The notes under the pieces are model-generated. The model was not told the origin of the DNA, did not search any database, and saw only the letters and a list, made by a program, of their open reading frames with translations. A program made the translations under genes and the position numbers. A DNA stretch of 63,412 nucleotides, filler included, from Sphacelaria rigidula (taxonomy: Eukaryota), in NCBI GenBank assembly GCA_964200075.2. It is 11 parts of 11 records of this genome, joined end to end, with 100 filler letters (N's around TTAATTAATTAA, not from the genome) between each part and the next. Parts side by side here need not be neighbours in the genome. Positions count along the whole stretch, not along the records: positions 23,097 to 28,770 come from CAXNAA020025364.1; positions 28,871 to 34,544 come from CAXNAA020025365.1; positions 34,645 to 40,318 come from CAXNAA020025366.1; 8 more parts are not named here. One strand, 5' to 3'. Shown piece by piece: positions 24,010 to 37,600 of the stretch (position 1 is the first letter of the stretch; the number at the start of each line of letters is the position of its first letter).

Positions 24010-24235
24010 TGTAATACGTGGGAGGAGCGCGCGTGCTATAAGGACTGCGTCGAAGTTCAAAACACGTCAGGATCGGCTCTTTCAAGCCAATCGGGCCAGT
24101 CTCTATAGGGACCACGTCCCTGACCCTAAATCCTAACCCACACCCTAATCCTAATCCTACTCCCAAACAAAGGGGTGCTTCAAACCCTAAGCGCCGGTGC
24201 GGTCCAAAAAGCACGCGGTCCGTTCAGGTATTACA
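24010..24235 (-). mobile_element. Diverged TGT...ACA MITE with telomere-like repeats
   Basis: Reverse-orientation homolog of 49714-49923 and 50654-50863, with internal CCCTAA-like repeats. TSD not preserved. Confidence 0.8.
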
Positions 24236-24876
24236 ATGACATTGTTAGTGGTGTATCATATGCCCCTTTGAGCATCAAAACACATACACGTTATTATGTC
24301 TGCAACGACAGACTCATTCAAACGGCGGTGCTAGCATGTGCCCACAATAGGTTAACGGGTGTATATACAGTTTCCGAAACCACTGCATCAAGCGCTGGCG
24401 CCCATAATGTTCTATCTGTGCCCTGTAGCCAAATGATTCCAAGCCGTAGGTTTCAGTATAATCGCATACATGATTAAAGCAGTGGTAGGGGACAGAAGAT
24501 CTTGGATTGATTACCCTTATCTGTGTGACCCCTTGCTGTCTGGCTCTTGATGTGGCCTGTTGAGGACCATTCCGTGATAATAGTAAGTGAAAAGGAAGGA
24601 CATGTCGAGCACGAGGCCAGTGATACTGGAGGAATCCCTCGTTGAAAGTCCTCGTTGTCTAGATCGTCTGGTAGAGGCTACAATATCTAAATATTCTTCC
24701 GGCACTCTGTTAAATGGATTTTGGCTAAGGAGAAAAGTGGGCTGCAGCTGGAAGCCAGTTTAGCCCGCAGACAGAGAGACCAACTTGAAGCGCACAGTAG
24801 TGGGGGACGCTCCGTGGGCTGGGGGACGCACAAGTCAGGCAAGAGTCTCCTCGTGAAGTGTTGAATTATAGTCGAC

Positions 24877-27800
24877 ATGGCTCAAGAGGCGGCAGCGCCG
24901 CTGGTGTTGGGTGAGCCTCTAGAACCGCCAAAGTATGGCAAAGTGTGGACTGAAGAAGCGTCAAGAATTTTCTGTGCCAGATATCTTGACCGCATCAAGA
25001 GGTTATATTCAGCCAATGCAAGAGGAGTCATAAGGCATGAGAGAGTGGGCATCAGACAACTCATCCCTACCTATATTCACCGGTGCTTTGAAGGCATGTC
25101 CAAGGACCGTCGGGCTATCACTCCCGACGAATTGCTAGATGCTGTGAAGCCCCATACCGGGTACACCACAACCAGCGGCAAGCGTGACACTGCGCGGGCT
25201 GCAGCAGACCTTCGTAGAGTTCTTACGATGCAGCAAAGCGGCGGAACGTCCGTCAAGCATCGTGCGGTGATGATCAGTTCATCGATGGAAAAGTGTCTCG
25301 CTGAAAACCCCACGGTGCAAGCCATGTACCGTGCGGACGACATGAGCTGGTTGCCAGGCCGGCCGAGTCGGTTTCCACAGCTTTGGTGGACAGGAATTTG
25401 TCTCGGGAATTCAAGGCGTATGTTACAAGCATGCTAACATATGTAGAAGGCTGGGAAAAGAATCCGACGGTGGTGTTCAACAAAACATTTGATGCCGCCG
25501 ACCACTGAAAGTTCATTGAAGCACATGGCCGGCGAAATTCTGCAACAAGTGCAGGCGGTGCGCGTCGCGAACAACAACAGCAACAGAATCAGCATCCATC
25601 TCCGCGAGCGTCGTCCACTATCACATGTTACAACTGCGGCGACACCGGACATAGGATCAAGGATTGCCCCAAGCCTCGCGCTCAAGGCGCTGCTCAAGGA
25701 AATGCGTGAGATTCATCAGGATCTCGAGGCGGTCGTCACGGTGGACGGGGCCGTGCCAACCAGGGATGCGGCCGCGGCGGCCGCACTAGCAAGCAACCGG
25801 CGGCGGATGGTGATCCCTCCGCTTCCACTACGTCATCAGGTGGTGACTCTGGATCTTATGGTTCGTCCGTAGCGGTGCGGACAGCGTACGTGGGAAATGC
25901 AAATACTTCGGTGGGAAATGCTGGGGCGAATAGTTCGCAATCCCTCGGCCAGGCAGGATCTGTGTCTGGTGCATTTCCTACTGCTGCGACGGCTGTAACA
26001 GCGCCGTCTGCATATTTGGCGACGTGGTCTGGTTGGACCGATGATTCTCAGTTATCGATGTCAAGTGCTGGAGGGCAGCCCTGGCGTCAGGTGATTCTTG
26101 GTACCGACCAGGGTTCTTCGGCAGGCGTGGTACCTGTCGATCGCAAGGCTGAATGACAAATGTCTTCGCAGTTTGGTGGCGCTCAGCTTCAGATTCCATG
26201 AAAAATCGGACCGCAAACTGCACAGACCGCCACGGGTGCTCCCGTGACGGTTACACGCAAAACGGTCCCGATTACTGTTAGCGTGCGTAAGCCGTTGGGG
26301 GCTGTGGAGTTGCAGCCCATTACTTTTGCTGCCATGCCTGGTAGGGGCAACGTCGTTTAATTTGGGATGGCGACGATAAAGGAGCTCGGGATTGATCTGT
26401 ACTCGCTGGCGTTGGATAAGTTACCACCGCGTGCTATGCCGGTGCAAATCGGCGTGGAAAATCCCAGCTATCTTGCTGCAAGGCGTATGACCGTATCCAT
26501 ACGGTCATTCCAGAGCGCCAGTGAGGAGGAGGCTCCTGCGGATGAAGCGATGGAGCGCTTGGTCGATCGGGGATCCGACATGTTTATGGACCCAGCGGAC
26601 GAGAGAGGTGCAAAAGAACGTGCGCTTGAAGATAGCGTGCAGCAGGCCGAGCAGAAGGGCGCCGATGGCGTACATTGTCTGCGTGATATTTTGGCTCGTC
26701 GCGTCGATACATTTCGTCGTGCGCTGCGTGGTGATCCGCCAGCGCGCGTAGAGCCCATGAGGGTGCACCTCAAGCCACAGGCAAATGCGGTGAAGGCCCC
26801 AAGCCCAGACGCTATGATCCGGTGAAGACCGAGTGGCTTGTCTCATGCATCGCAGCTTTGGTGGTGTTTGGTTTAGTGGCCAGGAATATCCGGGCTATGT
26901 GGGCGAGTCCGGCGTTAGCGGTGCCGAAGCGAGACACATTCCGTTTGGTCAGCGACAATCAGGCGGTGAACGCGCGCAAGTGAAACAGTCTCCGGGGTTG
27001 ATGCCAACCCAAGAAGACGTGAGGGAGTTGCTGGGAGCCCAATGCTTTGGCAAGTTGGACCTGCTCCAGGGGTATTGGCAGATGATGCCTCTGGCGCCGG
27101 AGGCTCAGGAGATCTTCACGATCGTCACGCCGGACGGTTTGTGTACGCCTACTCGTGTCCCGCAGGGCGTGTTAAACGCCACGGCGTATTTCCAAGGTGT
27201 GCTGACTGACATTTTGCAAGGTTCAGACTGTAAAGTGTGGGTGGATAACGTTTTCTATATTGCTGAAACCGAAGAAGTATTGTTAGCTTTGCTTGACGAA
27301 ATTCTCGGCCGCTTGGAGAGTGTTGGTCTGCTCGTCGCTGCGCATGAGTGTACTGTTTTTGCCCGCAAAGTGGTTTGGTGTGGTAAGGTGTACTCCAAGG
27401 GTACTGTTTCGCATGATCCCGTCTGCATCCAAGGTTTGAGCAATATGCGACGTCCTCAAACCTCTAGTGAGCTGATGCAGTTTCTGCAGGATGTGAATTG
27501 GTTGCAGACTTCGCTCCCGCGCATGGCGGGAGTAGTTACGCCGCTCCGAGTGTTTTCGGAACAACTTGTGGTCGGGGCTTCGCGTCGGACCAAGCGGGTG
27601 GCGCGTAATCGTATTATCCAGGAGGACGCTTGGACGGAGGATCGTGTGCGGTCATGGCGTGCTGCGCAAGATTTGGTGGCGCAAGCGGTGCCGCTGTATC
27701 ATCCTCGTCCAGGGTGCGTTGTTCTCATGTTTCCAGATGCTTCGGATTTTCACTGGGGTAGGTTTTTGACGCAAGTGCGTGTCGCAGCGTTTAGTAGTGG

Positions 27801-28365
27801 CATTGCGCTCGACAGGATGTCACACGAACCGTTGGCTTTTCCGAGTGGTAGTTTTTAGGGTTCACAGTTGCGGTGGGCGACAGTGGACAAAGAAGCTTTC
27901 GCGAGAGTCAATACATTCCGAAGGCTAGAGTACTTGCTCTGGGATGGTGTTCGCATTTTCATCAATCATCGCAATCGAAAATACATTTTCAACCCCGAAG
28001 AGTGTGTCACATCGGTGACGAAGGCCATGGCAAAACGGCTTGAAAATTGGAAAGCAGTACTAGGCTAATATCGGTATGTCATTGAGCATATTCCTGGAGA
28101 GCGCAATTGTTGAGGAGATTTGTTATCTCGCTGGGTGAAGGTTCCTACCGTGCCTATTCGTTCGGTTGCCGTGTACAGCCCGTGTGACGCCGATGATTTG
28201 CTTCCCTCGTTAGATGTCATTCGTACCGCGCAGCGCAAAACAGCCGGCGACGGTTTTCATTCTTTTCCTAAGACTTTCTGTCAAGCCGCTTTGGCTGACG
28301 ATGGTTTGTTTCGCGTGCGTGTCGGCAGCAGTGATATTTTGGGGATTCCGTCGGGTGATGAGGCT
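24877..28365 (+). mobile_element. Degenerate Ty3/gypsy element (gag-like, RT, RNase H)
   Basis: GDPPARVEPMRVHLKP, FGKLDLLQGYWQM, VPQGVLNATAYFQ, WVDN (decayed YxDD), FPDASDFHWG, WATVDKEAF. Many frameshifts and stops; truncated before the integrase core. Confidence 0.9.
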
Positions 28366-28993
28366 TGTGACGCTAATACAATATTTCGTACATGCATGCC
28401 AATATTTGACTCAGGACCTGCAATGAAACTCGTGTTGCACAATCCATGCATCATGCATGCTATTCAGAGCAGCACGACACAAGCATACCAAATTCGACGC
28501 GTACACCGGCATTTTCCAGCGAACGCAACACGAGCACACCCGCTCTACTGTCATGCTTCATGCGCGAACAGCGACACAAACAAACATGACCCAAAACACA
28601 CACCATAACAACTTTTATTCGTCAGAAAACGATTCGAAAATATCAGTCATCATGTGTTTCCTCATGCTCTACAAGCCTTTCACATCTAGCACCCCCATGG
28701 TGCATCTCAGCATGCCACCAAACAGCATATCCTTACTGCCTAACCGATGTGACAAATACTCTGCCTTCACNNNNNNNNNNNNNNNNNNNNNNNNNNNNNN
28801 NNNNNNNNNNNNNNTTAATTAATTAANNNNNNNNNNNNNNNNNNNNNNNNNNNNNNNNNNNNNNNNNNNNGAGCTGATTTGGTAAACTTGACGAGTTATG
28901 GTTGGAGATGCAAATGCGGCACTCTTTGCTGGCCCAGCCTGTAGGATATCGATGTGTAGCTGGTAAGCACACGGCCTTGTTCCAGGTGATGAA

Positions 28994-28994
<1 letters not shown>

Positions 28995-29042
<48 letters not shown>

Positions 29043-29044
29043 CA
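28995..29044. repeat. (CA)n microsatellite
   Basis: About 25 CA units with one interruption. Confidence 0.97.
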
Positions 29045-30486
29045 AGATAAACAATTGGTGAAGTTGGAGCGAATAATAGAACTCACTCTCAATTAACTGC
29101 TCGGCTCTCAATCTGGCGACAATGTTACCGTCAGGCCTGTCAGTCTTGTCAGTCTTGTAAGTGGACTTGGACGTCCAGCGAAGAGAAGTGGTGTGGTGTG
29201 GTGTAGTTTCGGTTGTTCGCGAGGAGCGGCAAGCACTCTCCACTCCTTCATTTATTGTCTCTTGAGGGATAGTAGGTATGTCCGCTGGCCGTTCTGTATT
29301 CACCAATGGTACCCCGCTTGGAGTCAGTCCATCAACGCACGGTTGGCAGAGGGAGAGACGCAGGTGTTTTCCTCGAGAGACGGACGGCATGCTGGTCGCC
29401 GTGTTGTTTCCAAGTGCGTGGAGATGCCCCTTCCCTATCTCATCATGTCTGGTACTTAGCGCCCCGGGTTCCACACCGGGTATTTCGAGGGGGGCGATCC
29501 CTAAGATATCCTGAGATGCTTGGTACTTTTGTCTGTCAATATCCTAGGTACCCTGGGATACGGGATGCTTGTGCTCAGTGCTGCGGATGCCGCTTTTTGG
29601 GGGGTGGGTACCCGTTATACCTTGGGGGTAGGTTCCCCTGGTACCCCATAAATACTGAGGAATTTCGACTGTTGATACCCTGGGTAAGCTGGAAAATCGA
29701 GTGTTTTTGACAGGCGATACCTCTGCGTGCCATCGAGATTTGGGAGCGACAAATAACCTGAAAATGCGGGGTACCCCGATTAGTCGGTATCGCGAGTTTT
29801 CACGTGAATTTCGGCATTTTTTTTTCAGTGGTTGGCAGTGAGGCGTTGTCGAATTACAGTGTTGTTATTCTTTCGTGTGTTTTGAAAGTGGTGTGGAACC
29901 TCCCCACCTCCCCCCCCCCCCCCCCCCCTCTATCTCTTCTCTCCCTTCCTCTCTTTCTCTTCAACACGTTGTAAAACCTGAAAGGAAGCACGAAGATGAT
30001 TCAAGACAAGCAGACCCGACGCTCAATTTCCCTTGATTTCGTAGAGCATATGGGGTCGGTGGTTGCAACACCAATCGCGTAACTTATTGGAAAGCTGCGC
30101 TCGCGGGCTTGTTGGTACCGGTACGATGTATCCCTTCACCCCCCTGATCGCTAAGAGCGCCAAAACTTTTTTTTTCTCCTGATGTGCCACGTCTTGTAGA
30201 AGTTCTTGACCCCAAAACAAGCAAATATGTCTCTCTGCCTTGGGAAGCCCTCGACGAGAGCTTCCACTCGATTTCCATTCCGACACCGGAGGTGATCACC
30301 CCACTAAATATGGAAACCGAACGAGTGTCGGCATATTAGTATTTTGCGCTACTCCGCGTATCGTGCTCTCCAGCAAGTGCTTTTCATGTTTCGGCGAGGC
30401 CGGTGATCACCCCGCTTTTCCCCCCTGTCCTTTATCCCTACCGTTGCACTCGTGTTTGCCCTCCACGATGTCCCGATGACGTTCAG

Positions 30487-30570
30487 ATCAAGACCCCCAC
30501 CATGGACTGTCCCACTTGCCGCGTTTCCGTCCCCTGGAATGACTTGAGACGATGCGTGGTGCTCGACGAG
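30487..30570 (+). CDS. RING-finger protein exon (C-terminal half of RING)
   Basis: TTCAG acceptor and GTAGGA donor. IKTPTMDCPTCRVSVPWNDLRRCVVLDE matches the CPxCR...LDE end of RING domains. Confidence 0.72.
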
Positions 30571-31233
30571 GTAGGAGTGGTGGTGTTGGGTTTCAGCTGC
30601 TCGTACCGTGTCGCCAGCGTGTTCAACTTGTCCTCCCGTCAATATTTTGTCTTTCCCTCGTCCAAAAAATGAAATTCAATCAACCATCCAACCATCCATT
30701 CAATTTCAACCAATTGATAAAATATCTTGATTTATTACTCACACCGCAAGATTTTCTCTGCGACTTATTCTTGTGACTGTGAAGCGCTGATCGTTGATGT
30801 TTTGTGGGCGGTATCATGAAAGAAGAAAAAAACAAGAACGACGCTTCGCCCCGGGGGGCTAGCTGACGCTGTAACGTTGGAGGTCTGCCCTCACAATTTT
30901 TGTTGGGATATTGCTGCATGATCGGGCTTCACCACGCGATTTAGAAGACATTGGAACCTGCATCATTCACACTCGAAAAAGAAGTGAAGAATGGTCGATT
31001 TGAGAACTGGACACCTCCGGCGGCCAAAGGGTTGCCAAGTGCTCGATTGTAGTCGCCGTGGTAATACTCATCTTCCAACAATTTCAAGTGGTTATTCACA
31101 CGGATTATTTTGAGTTGAAAGTGAGACGTCATCATCCACCATTTTTTTCGAGGAATCATACTCCAACGTCCGTCAAAGTTTCGAACGGAAAAAAATATTG
31201 AGACATGGGTCAATTCGAACGCGCAATATAAAG

Positions 31234-31470
31234 GTAATCGAACGAGAGGTTGTCGCAGCGAACCTGGACGGGGCCGAATGGAGAAGAAGACTGAAGGAGA
31301 GCCAGGATCTGGCCAGAAGCGCGGAGGCCGCAAGGCGAACAAAACGGGACGCGCAGCGTAACGCCGAAGAGACTATCGCGAAGCAGAATACCGAGCTGGA
31401 ACGACTGCGCGAGGAGGCGGCGTCTCGTGCAGCTAACCGTCGAATGCGCAGCAGTAGAGCCAATTTGGAT
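31234..31470 (+). CDS. RING-finger protein exon (coiled coil)
   Basis: AAG acceptor and GTGAGT donor, phase 0/0. Joins as LDE|VIEREVVAANLDGAEWRRRLKESQ...RANLD. Confidence 0.7.
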
Positions 31471-32419
31471 GTGAGTTTTAACCCTTGGACCGCGAGGGTA
31501 GTCTTATCTGGATCATGCGTACTTTTTTCAAGAGAAATTGATGCCGATTCAACAGATGACCAACTCTCGCTGTCTAAGGGTTAACCCTCTGCGCGTCCGC
31601 AGTGAGCAGCCGCGGTAGGCGAAAAGTGAAGTCGATCTCGAAAAAACGCTTTGTTGGGCACACTGATGCAGTCAGTCGACCGTGGATTCAACCGATGGAG
31701 ACATGTGAACGGTCAGGAGGTTGAGGACTGGACTAGGTACTATTTATTTTATATTATCTAGGCCCCCCCGTCCTCTCGGGGGAAGTGAGGTGAGTTATGC
31801 GTGAGTGCACGCTGTCGGGCTGTACTACCGGCATCAAGAATCGACGATACGCTTGTGGTTACTCGAGGTCGTTACGGTCTGATCATGTCGCTGAGGACAG
31901 CGAAGGCAGCTTTCGTCGCTGCTCTTTTGTGGTACACCGCTTGCGAAATTTTATCCTTGACTTGCTTCGCGGGCAGTATGCTGTTACGACGGCATGGCAG
32001 TCAAGGTGGGTATGCCATCTGACTGACTAAGATGTAGGGTGTAAAGCTCAGGCGGAGGATGAATTGTCAAAGCCTGTCCTGCGAACGCAGATGCGTCGGG
32101 CAAGCCCTTTCGCCATGTCACTACGAGTTCACGGTAGTCTGGGTATGCACCTCCTATCGAAAGTCGAAATATTCCCTAATTCTTGGCCCCAAATATGGGC
32201 GATATTTGCTTTGAAATTCTGAACGATTCCGACTCTTTTTTTTTATTCCTCTGTTCTTATGAGCATCGCGGGCAACTCAGTTGAATGGGTGCCATTTTCA
32301 TCCCGTAACCGACTTCACTCATAGAACAGAGAGATTATATATGGATTGAAACTAGTTCCCTTCCTTTTTGGCACATGTTTTCCCCTCGCTCTTCCCTGCC
32401 CCATGCAAAATTACACCAG

Positions 32420-32898
32420 CGAGGTCTGGGCGGCATGGCGGATTACAGCTTGCGACTCATGAGGTCAGGTGCAACTCGGGAGGCCTGGATGGACCCCGAA
32501 TCGCAGCGCGACGCCATGGAAGAGCTCGCCCGATCCATCCGCGTCCGCAGGACGGACGCCGAGCCTTCCTCCTCTGTAGCCGCGGCAGCCGCCGCGCCGT
32601 CGCGCGCGGGCGATTCCCAAGCTGCTAGCGCAAGTCCGGCCTCCGCCATGGTCGCCGCCGCCGCCCTGGGGATGCCGCACTACGGTGGTTCCGCTGGTCG
32701 CTTGCGGGGATCGGCCGCCAGTGGGCAGCCGCCGGCGGGTGCGGTGGGATTAGCAGAAGGCAGGGCGCGGTCCGGTGGTGGCGCGGATCCGTGGTTCTCG
32801 CTTAGGGGGCATCAGGCGGGGAGGATGGTGATGGGGTCGGCAGGTGGGATGGGAGGGGGTGGAGGGGGAGCAGCGGGGCTTGGACTCACAGGTCGACG
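32420..32898 (+). CDS. RING-finger protein exon (Ala/Gly-rich)
   Basis: CCAG acceptor and CG|GTGAGT donor. GC-rich open frame (ORF 32375-32902). Confidence 0.72.
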
Positions 32899-33536
32899 GT
32901 GAGTCTTGAAGAAGATTATGTGTTGAGAATATTGATTGCTGTTGGTGTTTTTGTTACCGTCGAACGTGGTGATGATAGCAGGAATAAAGATGCCTCCGCG
33001 CCGGAGTTATCGCGGCGTGTGTTTATCTCCGCTAGCTTCGGATAAGCCGGAGTGAAGGTCTCGCCTTCGTGGCGACCAGAGCGTGCTTGCTCTATGGAGA
33101 ACGGCCGTCAATATCTCACAGTATGGCCGTGGGGTAAGTGCACAGCGTGATAGCTGTGAGCAACCAAGATACTCTCGCGCTCGATGTTGTGGTGCCTTGG
33201 TCGAGAGAGCACGAGTTCATGTTCGGTTTTGCAACGGCAGATCACATTTCGCCGCAAGTTACGGCGACAAGTTGTTCGCTACCCACCATCGCCAGGGCAG
33301 AAACTCGATACAAATCCATGTCCAAAGTTCCGGAAAGACACGCTCCCCTTTCGCTACAACGGTACAGCGCTTGTATGAAAAAATTTCGGTGGTTCTTTTG
33401 GCTGAAGGCGATACTCGTTTGTTGTGCCCTCACTTTCAACTCCGCGCGGCACATGTCTGTCCCCTGTCCCCTGTCCCCTGCCCCCCCTCCTCCCACCCTC
33501 ACCCCCCAACCTGGTTTTCACTTGAATCTACAGCAG

Positions 33537-34380
33537 GTACGCCGACTCTCATGAAGCAAATCCTGACGTGATCAGAACGAACGCTGCAGACACCACGCGA
33601 AACGGTGGCACAAGCCCCCGCGCCCTACACCGCATGTCGGTCGGCGCATCAATAGGCCGCTACGACGTCAATGGCAACGCAATCAAGTCCAACGCTAAAA
33701 CCACCAAAAACAGCAACATCAACAACAGCGCCGTCGGCGTCGCGTTCCCCTCTTCTTCTGCAGACAGGCCGCCCCCCGCTCACGGCGTCGGAAATTTCCG
33801 CATGGCCATGGGGCGCTTCCGAGGGCAGCAGACGGAGGCGGCGGCGGCGCCGGTGGCAGCGACGTCGGTGGTAGGAGGGGGCGCGGCGGGTGGGAGGCGT
33901 CCCGCCGCGGTCACCGCAACGCGTGCCCCTCGCAGCAAATCGACGCTCCATGCCGCTGCGAACCCGTTCTCTGTGTTCGGGACTCGCCGAGCCGGCGACC
34001 CCGTTGCGGAAATGTCTTCTGGGGCCGTCCTGCTGGGTGGCGGGGATGGAGTGGCGGGTCACCGTTCTCCCCCGCCGCTGCCGGCCTCGCTACCTTCGCA
34101 ATCCATATTCGCGGGAACCGTGGGGCGGAGGGGAGCGGCGCAAGCTATCGGGGGAGCCGTGGGCGGGGGTGGGCGACGGGAGGGAGCCGCAGCGGCGGCG
34201 GCCGGGACTGAGGAGGGTGACTCGGATTTGGATTTGCTGGATGTCATGTCACACCATGGGGAGTTGGACAAGGACTGGGATGATATTCTGGCGGCTGTCT
34301 CGCTACCTTCTCAGCATCAACAGGCAGGGGGTGCCGAAGGCCGCGGGCTCGGAGGTGGCGCAGAATCTTCACACGCGTGA
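33537..34380 (+). CDS. RING-finger protein probable last exon (low complexity)
   Basis: CAGCAG acceptor. Phase 2 matches the previous exon and runs into ORF 33568-34380, which ends in TGA. Confidence 0.72.
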
Positions 34381-34644
34381 AGGCTGTTTCTATATGTGGC
34401 TGCGTTGTGTGCTCGGAACCGCCGGTTGTTTATTTTTGCGGTGTTGACCTTGGGTGACCTTGGGAACGAGAGAGCGCTAACGTGGAATTTTATTTCTGGC
34501 ACACAGTCGCCCCGCGCCACTCCCCCGGGCTCCCCCTACACCGCNNNNNNNNNNNNNNNNNNNNNNNNNNNNNNNNNNNNNNNNNNNNTTAATTAATTAA
34601 NNNNNNNNNNNNNNNNNNNNNNNNNNNNNNNNNNNNNNNNNNNN

Positions 34645-37600
34645 TCACGCGCCTCTCACGCCGTAGCCGCTCCTCGCTCCCACCGCACGCCATCCCCACC
34701 CCCCCCTACTTCGACCGCCCGCCCCGACACCAGTGCCGAACCGTGCCGCTTCTCCCTCCACTGCGATGACATCCCTTGGTTCACGCTTTCTGTGCAGACT
34801 CTTGCATACGAGTACACCCCCTCGAATCATTTGCAAAGCACTCGCGACGCTTGGCTGACGCTCGCTCGACCGCTTCAAACCGCCGTAGCTTCCTACTTCG
34901 ACCATGGCGGGGTCTCTCCTTCCGATGGTCCCCTTTCGATCACCATTGGCCAGTTAGTCCGGTACATCGAACACACCACCAACTCCTATGAACTCTTCAT
35001 TGTGGAGCTCTTCGACGCGTTGCGCGCCGCCTCCACATCCACCACAGCCCACGTTGATGACGCCTGAACCATGGTGACTTCTCGTAGCCGACGCCACAGA
35101 CATGATGTTGCCGACCTTGAGCGCAATCGCAGCGGTGATTCTCACAACCACCATGGAGGATCAAGCTCCTCCCCTGGGAGGACCCCACCACACCGTGTGA
35201 ACCGTTCCACCACCGGTTTGACCAAGACACACCAGAGTAGTGGCTCATCGAGCTCTTCTTCCACCAAGCCCAGGATTCGGTCTGCCACAAACTCGCCTGC
35301 GTCGGCTTCTGCCAACCTAAGTCGCGCTACACCGCATTTAGCAGATGTTTCGCGCCAGATTTTAGGCCTTTCGGACGACAACTCGGATAAACCGATATCT
35401 TCCACTTCGGCTCGCACTCTGGCTGCCGCTGCCGCCGAGCGAGATCAAGCCGCTGCTGGTACAGCAGCGGCCGCCGCTCGAGTGGAATTCGTCCGCACCG
35501 CAGCCATCCAGAGAGAATACATCCAAGTGGACGTGAAAAAAATTTGGCATGTGAAATCCGTGCCTGCAGCAGACAACGAAGACTCGGGATAATTTACTTC
35601 TGCTCTCATCACCTCTATACGCCGCACTCTTCGAAACATCCTTCAGCTAGCAGACTCTACGGGTGCTCAATGTTTCGAAAATTCCAACTGGGTTGATGGT
35701 TGGCAGACTCCTCTCCACAAAGCTCTGCACCGCGCCATCAACCATCGCTCGCCCAACAATACCGCTGCTTTGACACAAGTCCTTGATGGTTTCATAGCCG
35801 CTATGGATGCGAACCGCGCCTCGGGAAGTCAGGCCCGGATTTACTCCGTGATCTGGAGCGCCGCTTGACCGGCTACTTCGATCGCAGCACTCAAGGGAGT
35901 GCTATCCAACGACTTAGTTCTTTTGGTGTCGCAACTGATGTCCCAATCGCGGACTACCTCCGAGAGTTCAAGCTTCTCGTTTCCAGTACTCCGGGAGTAG
36001 GTCGCCAGACTGGCCCATCAGACGCCATGTGTCAATCATATGTGAGGAATAGTGTTTCCGAGCAGTTCCCACCATTCATACCGTCGCTGTTTCCAGGTGC
36101 TTTAGCCCACCGCGAAGTGCCCTATCCCTCTGTGGATGCGATGTGGAGTGCGTTCGTTCATCAAGAAAACATTTTGACGCCAGTCATTCGCGGCGACAAG
36201 TATGCTTCAGCTCGTTCCCAGTCTGTTTCTGCGCCTTCTTCGACCCCCTCAGGGTCCCGCCACCGGTCTCACACCTCGCTTCGTTCCTCGTGGATGCCCG
36301 CCTCCGTGGCCGGCTCCGTCATGAGCGTTGCAGACAAGAGAGATCCGTTCAGCGCCGGTTTTGACGGATGGCTGTACTCCGCCGAGACTTGGGATGATGT
36401 TTACACTGTATCTACGTCTGCGTTTACTACTGATGACCCACATCTGTCGAACCCCCCCTCCTCTCGTCTACTGCCAGACACGAGGCCTTCAGCCGCCACG
36501 CAAATAGTTGCATCAATTGTAACACCGAGGGGCACAGTATGCGCGATTGTACTCGCCCTTGTATCAACTCTTTCGACCTCATGAACTCTGAGCTGCAGGA
36601 CAATTAGCCGGCATGGCGCCGATGGCAGAAACGAATGCGTGAATACCGCACACCCAACCGTCATTCTCGCCGCCCTTTCAACAACCGCGACAACACTCGC
36701 TCGAATCGCGACAGTCGCACCCTTAACTACGACAACTCTGGCTCCCAGCGAAGAGAGAGTTCTTCTCACCGTCACCGGAATTCCGCCGATAGACACCAGC
36801 GCACGGGGCCGAATCACAATCACTCGAACCCCAACGCCAGAAACCCTGGTTCTTTCATGACTGATCGTACCGATCCATGACATGCCGACGCCGGCGTTTT
36901 CACGTCTTCGGCGCCGCCGACAGCACACACGAAGACTACTTCAACACCAACCGCGGAAGGACTGACCAAACTTTCTCGCTCAACCTCCCCGGCATTATGC
37001 AGGAGTTCTAATGACAGTCGCTCATATCGACCCCCGTCTTCACCTCTTGGCACACAGCGTAAGAGTTGCGTTGACTCAAAACTTAGCCCTACCCTCGGCT
37101 CTGGCCTTGGTCCTCCAGAACTGAGCGTAAGTCTGAGGTGTGGGAACACCAACCGCCCGTCTCTGAGGCACAGGCTTCCCTCAGCGACCGCACGCACAGG
37201 CAGTAGTGTAACTCACTCGACTGGTTTAAGTGTCGCTGGTCAGAATTTAACCGCTTCGGACCAGGTAACACCCACCCAGGTCGAACAAGTTCATTATTCG
37301 CGTTCATTGCACCATGCGAAGCTACCCCTGAATGGTTCCCACATAAACCATCCTACTATACCTTTGGCTATGACTCCTCAGCCAAATTTGCCAGCGGACA
37401 GTCCACAGGCTTCGCCCGAGCATGCCCCGATGCTGATCCCATCCACTCAACTGGACGCAGTTGGGTTTTCCCCAAACATTTTGGAAGTTCCCCGTCCTTT
37501 GTCACGGCGAGAGAGAAAGCCCCGTGAACATGCCCCCACTGAAGCGCGCGCAGCAACACGTACGCCTCCCTCGAGCGGAAACTCTCGACTTCACTCTCTC

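Noticed and set aside
28900..28990. N-terminal half of the RING finger
   Set aside because: Cys/His residues line up only with two frameshifts.
29300..29790. Ordered GGTACC/TACCC repeat system
   Set aside because: The motifs recur, but no stable period or termini could be defined.
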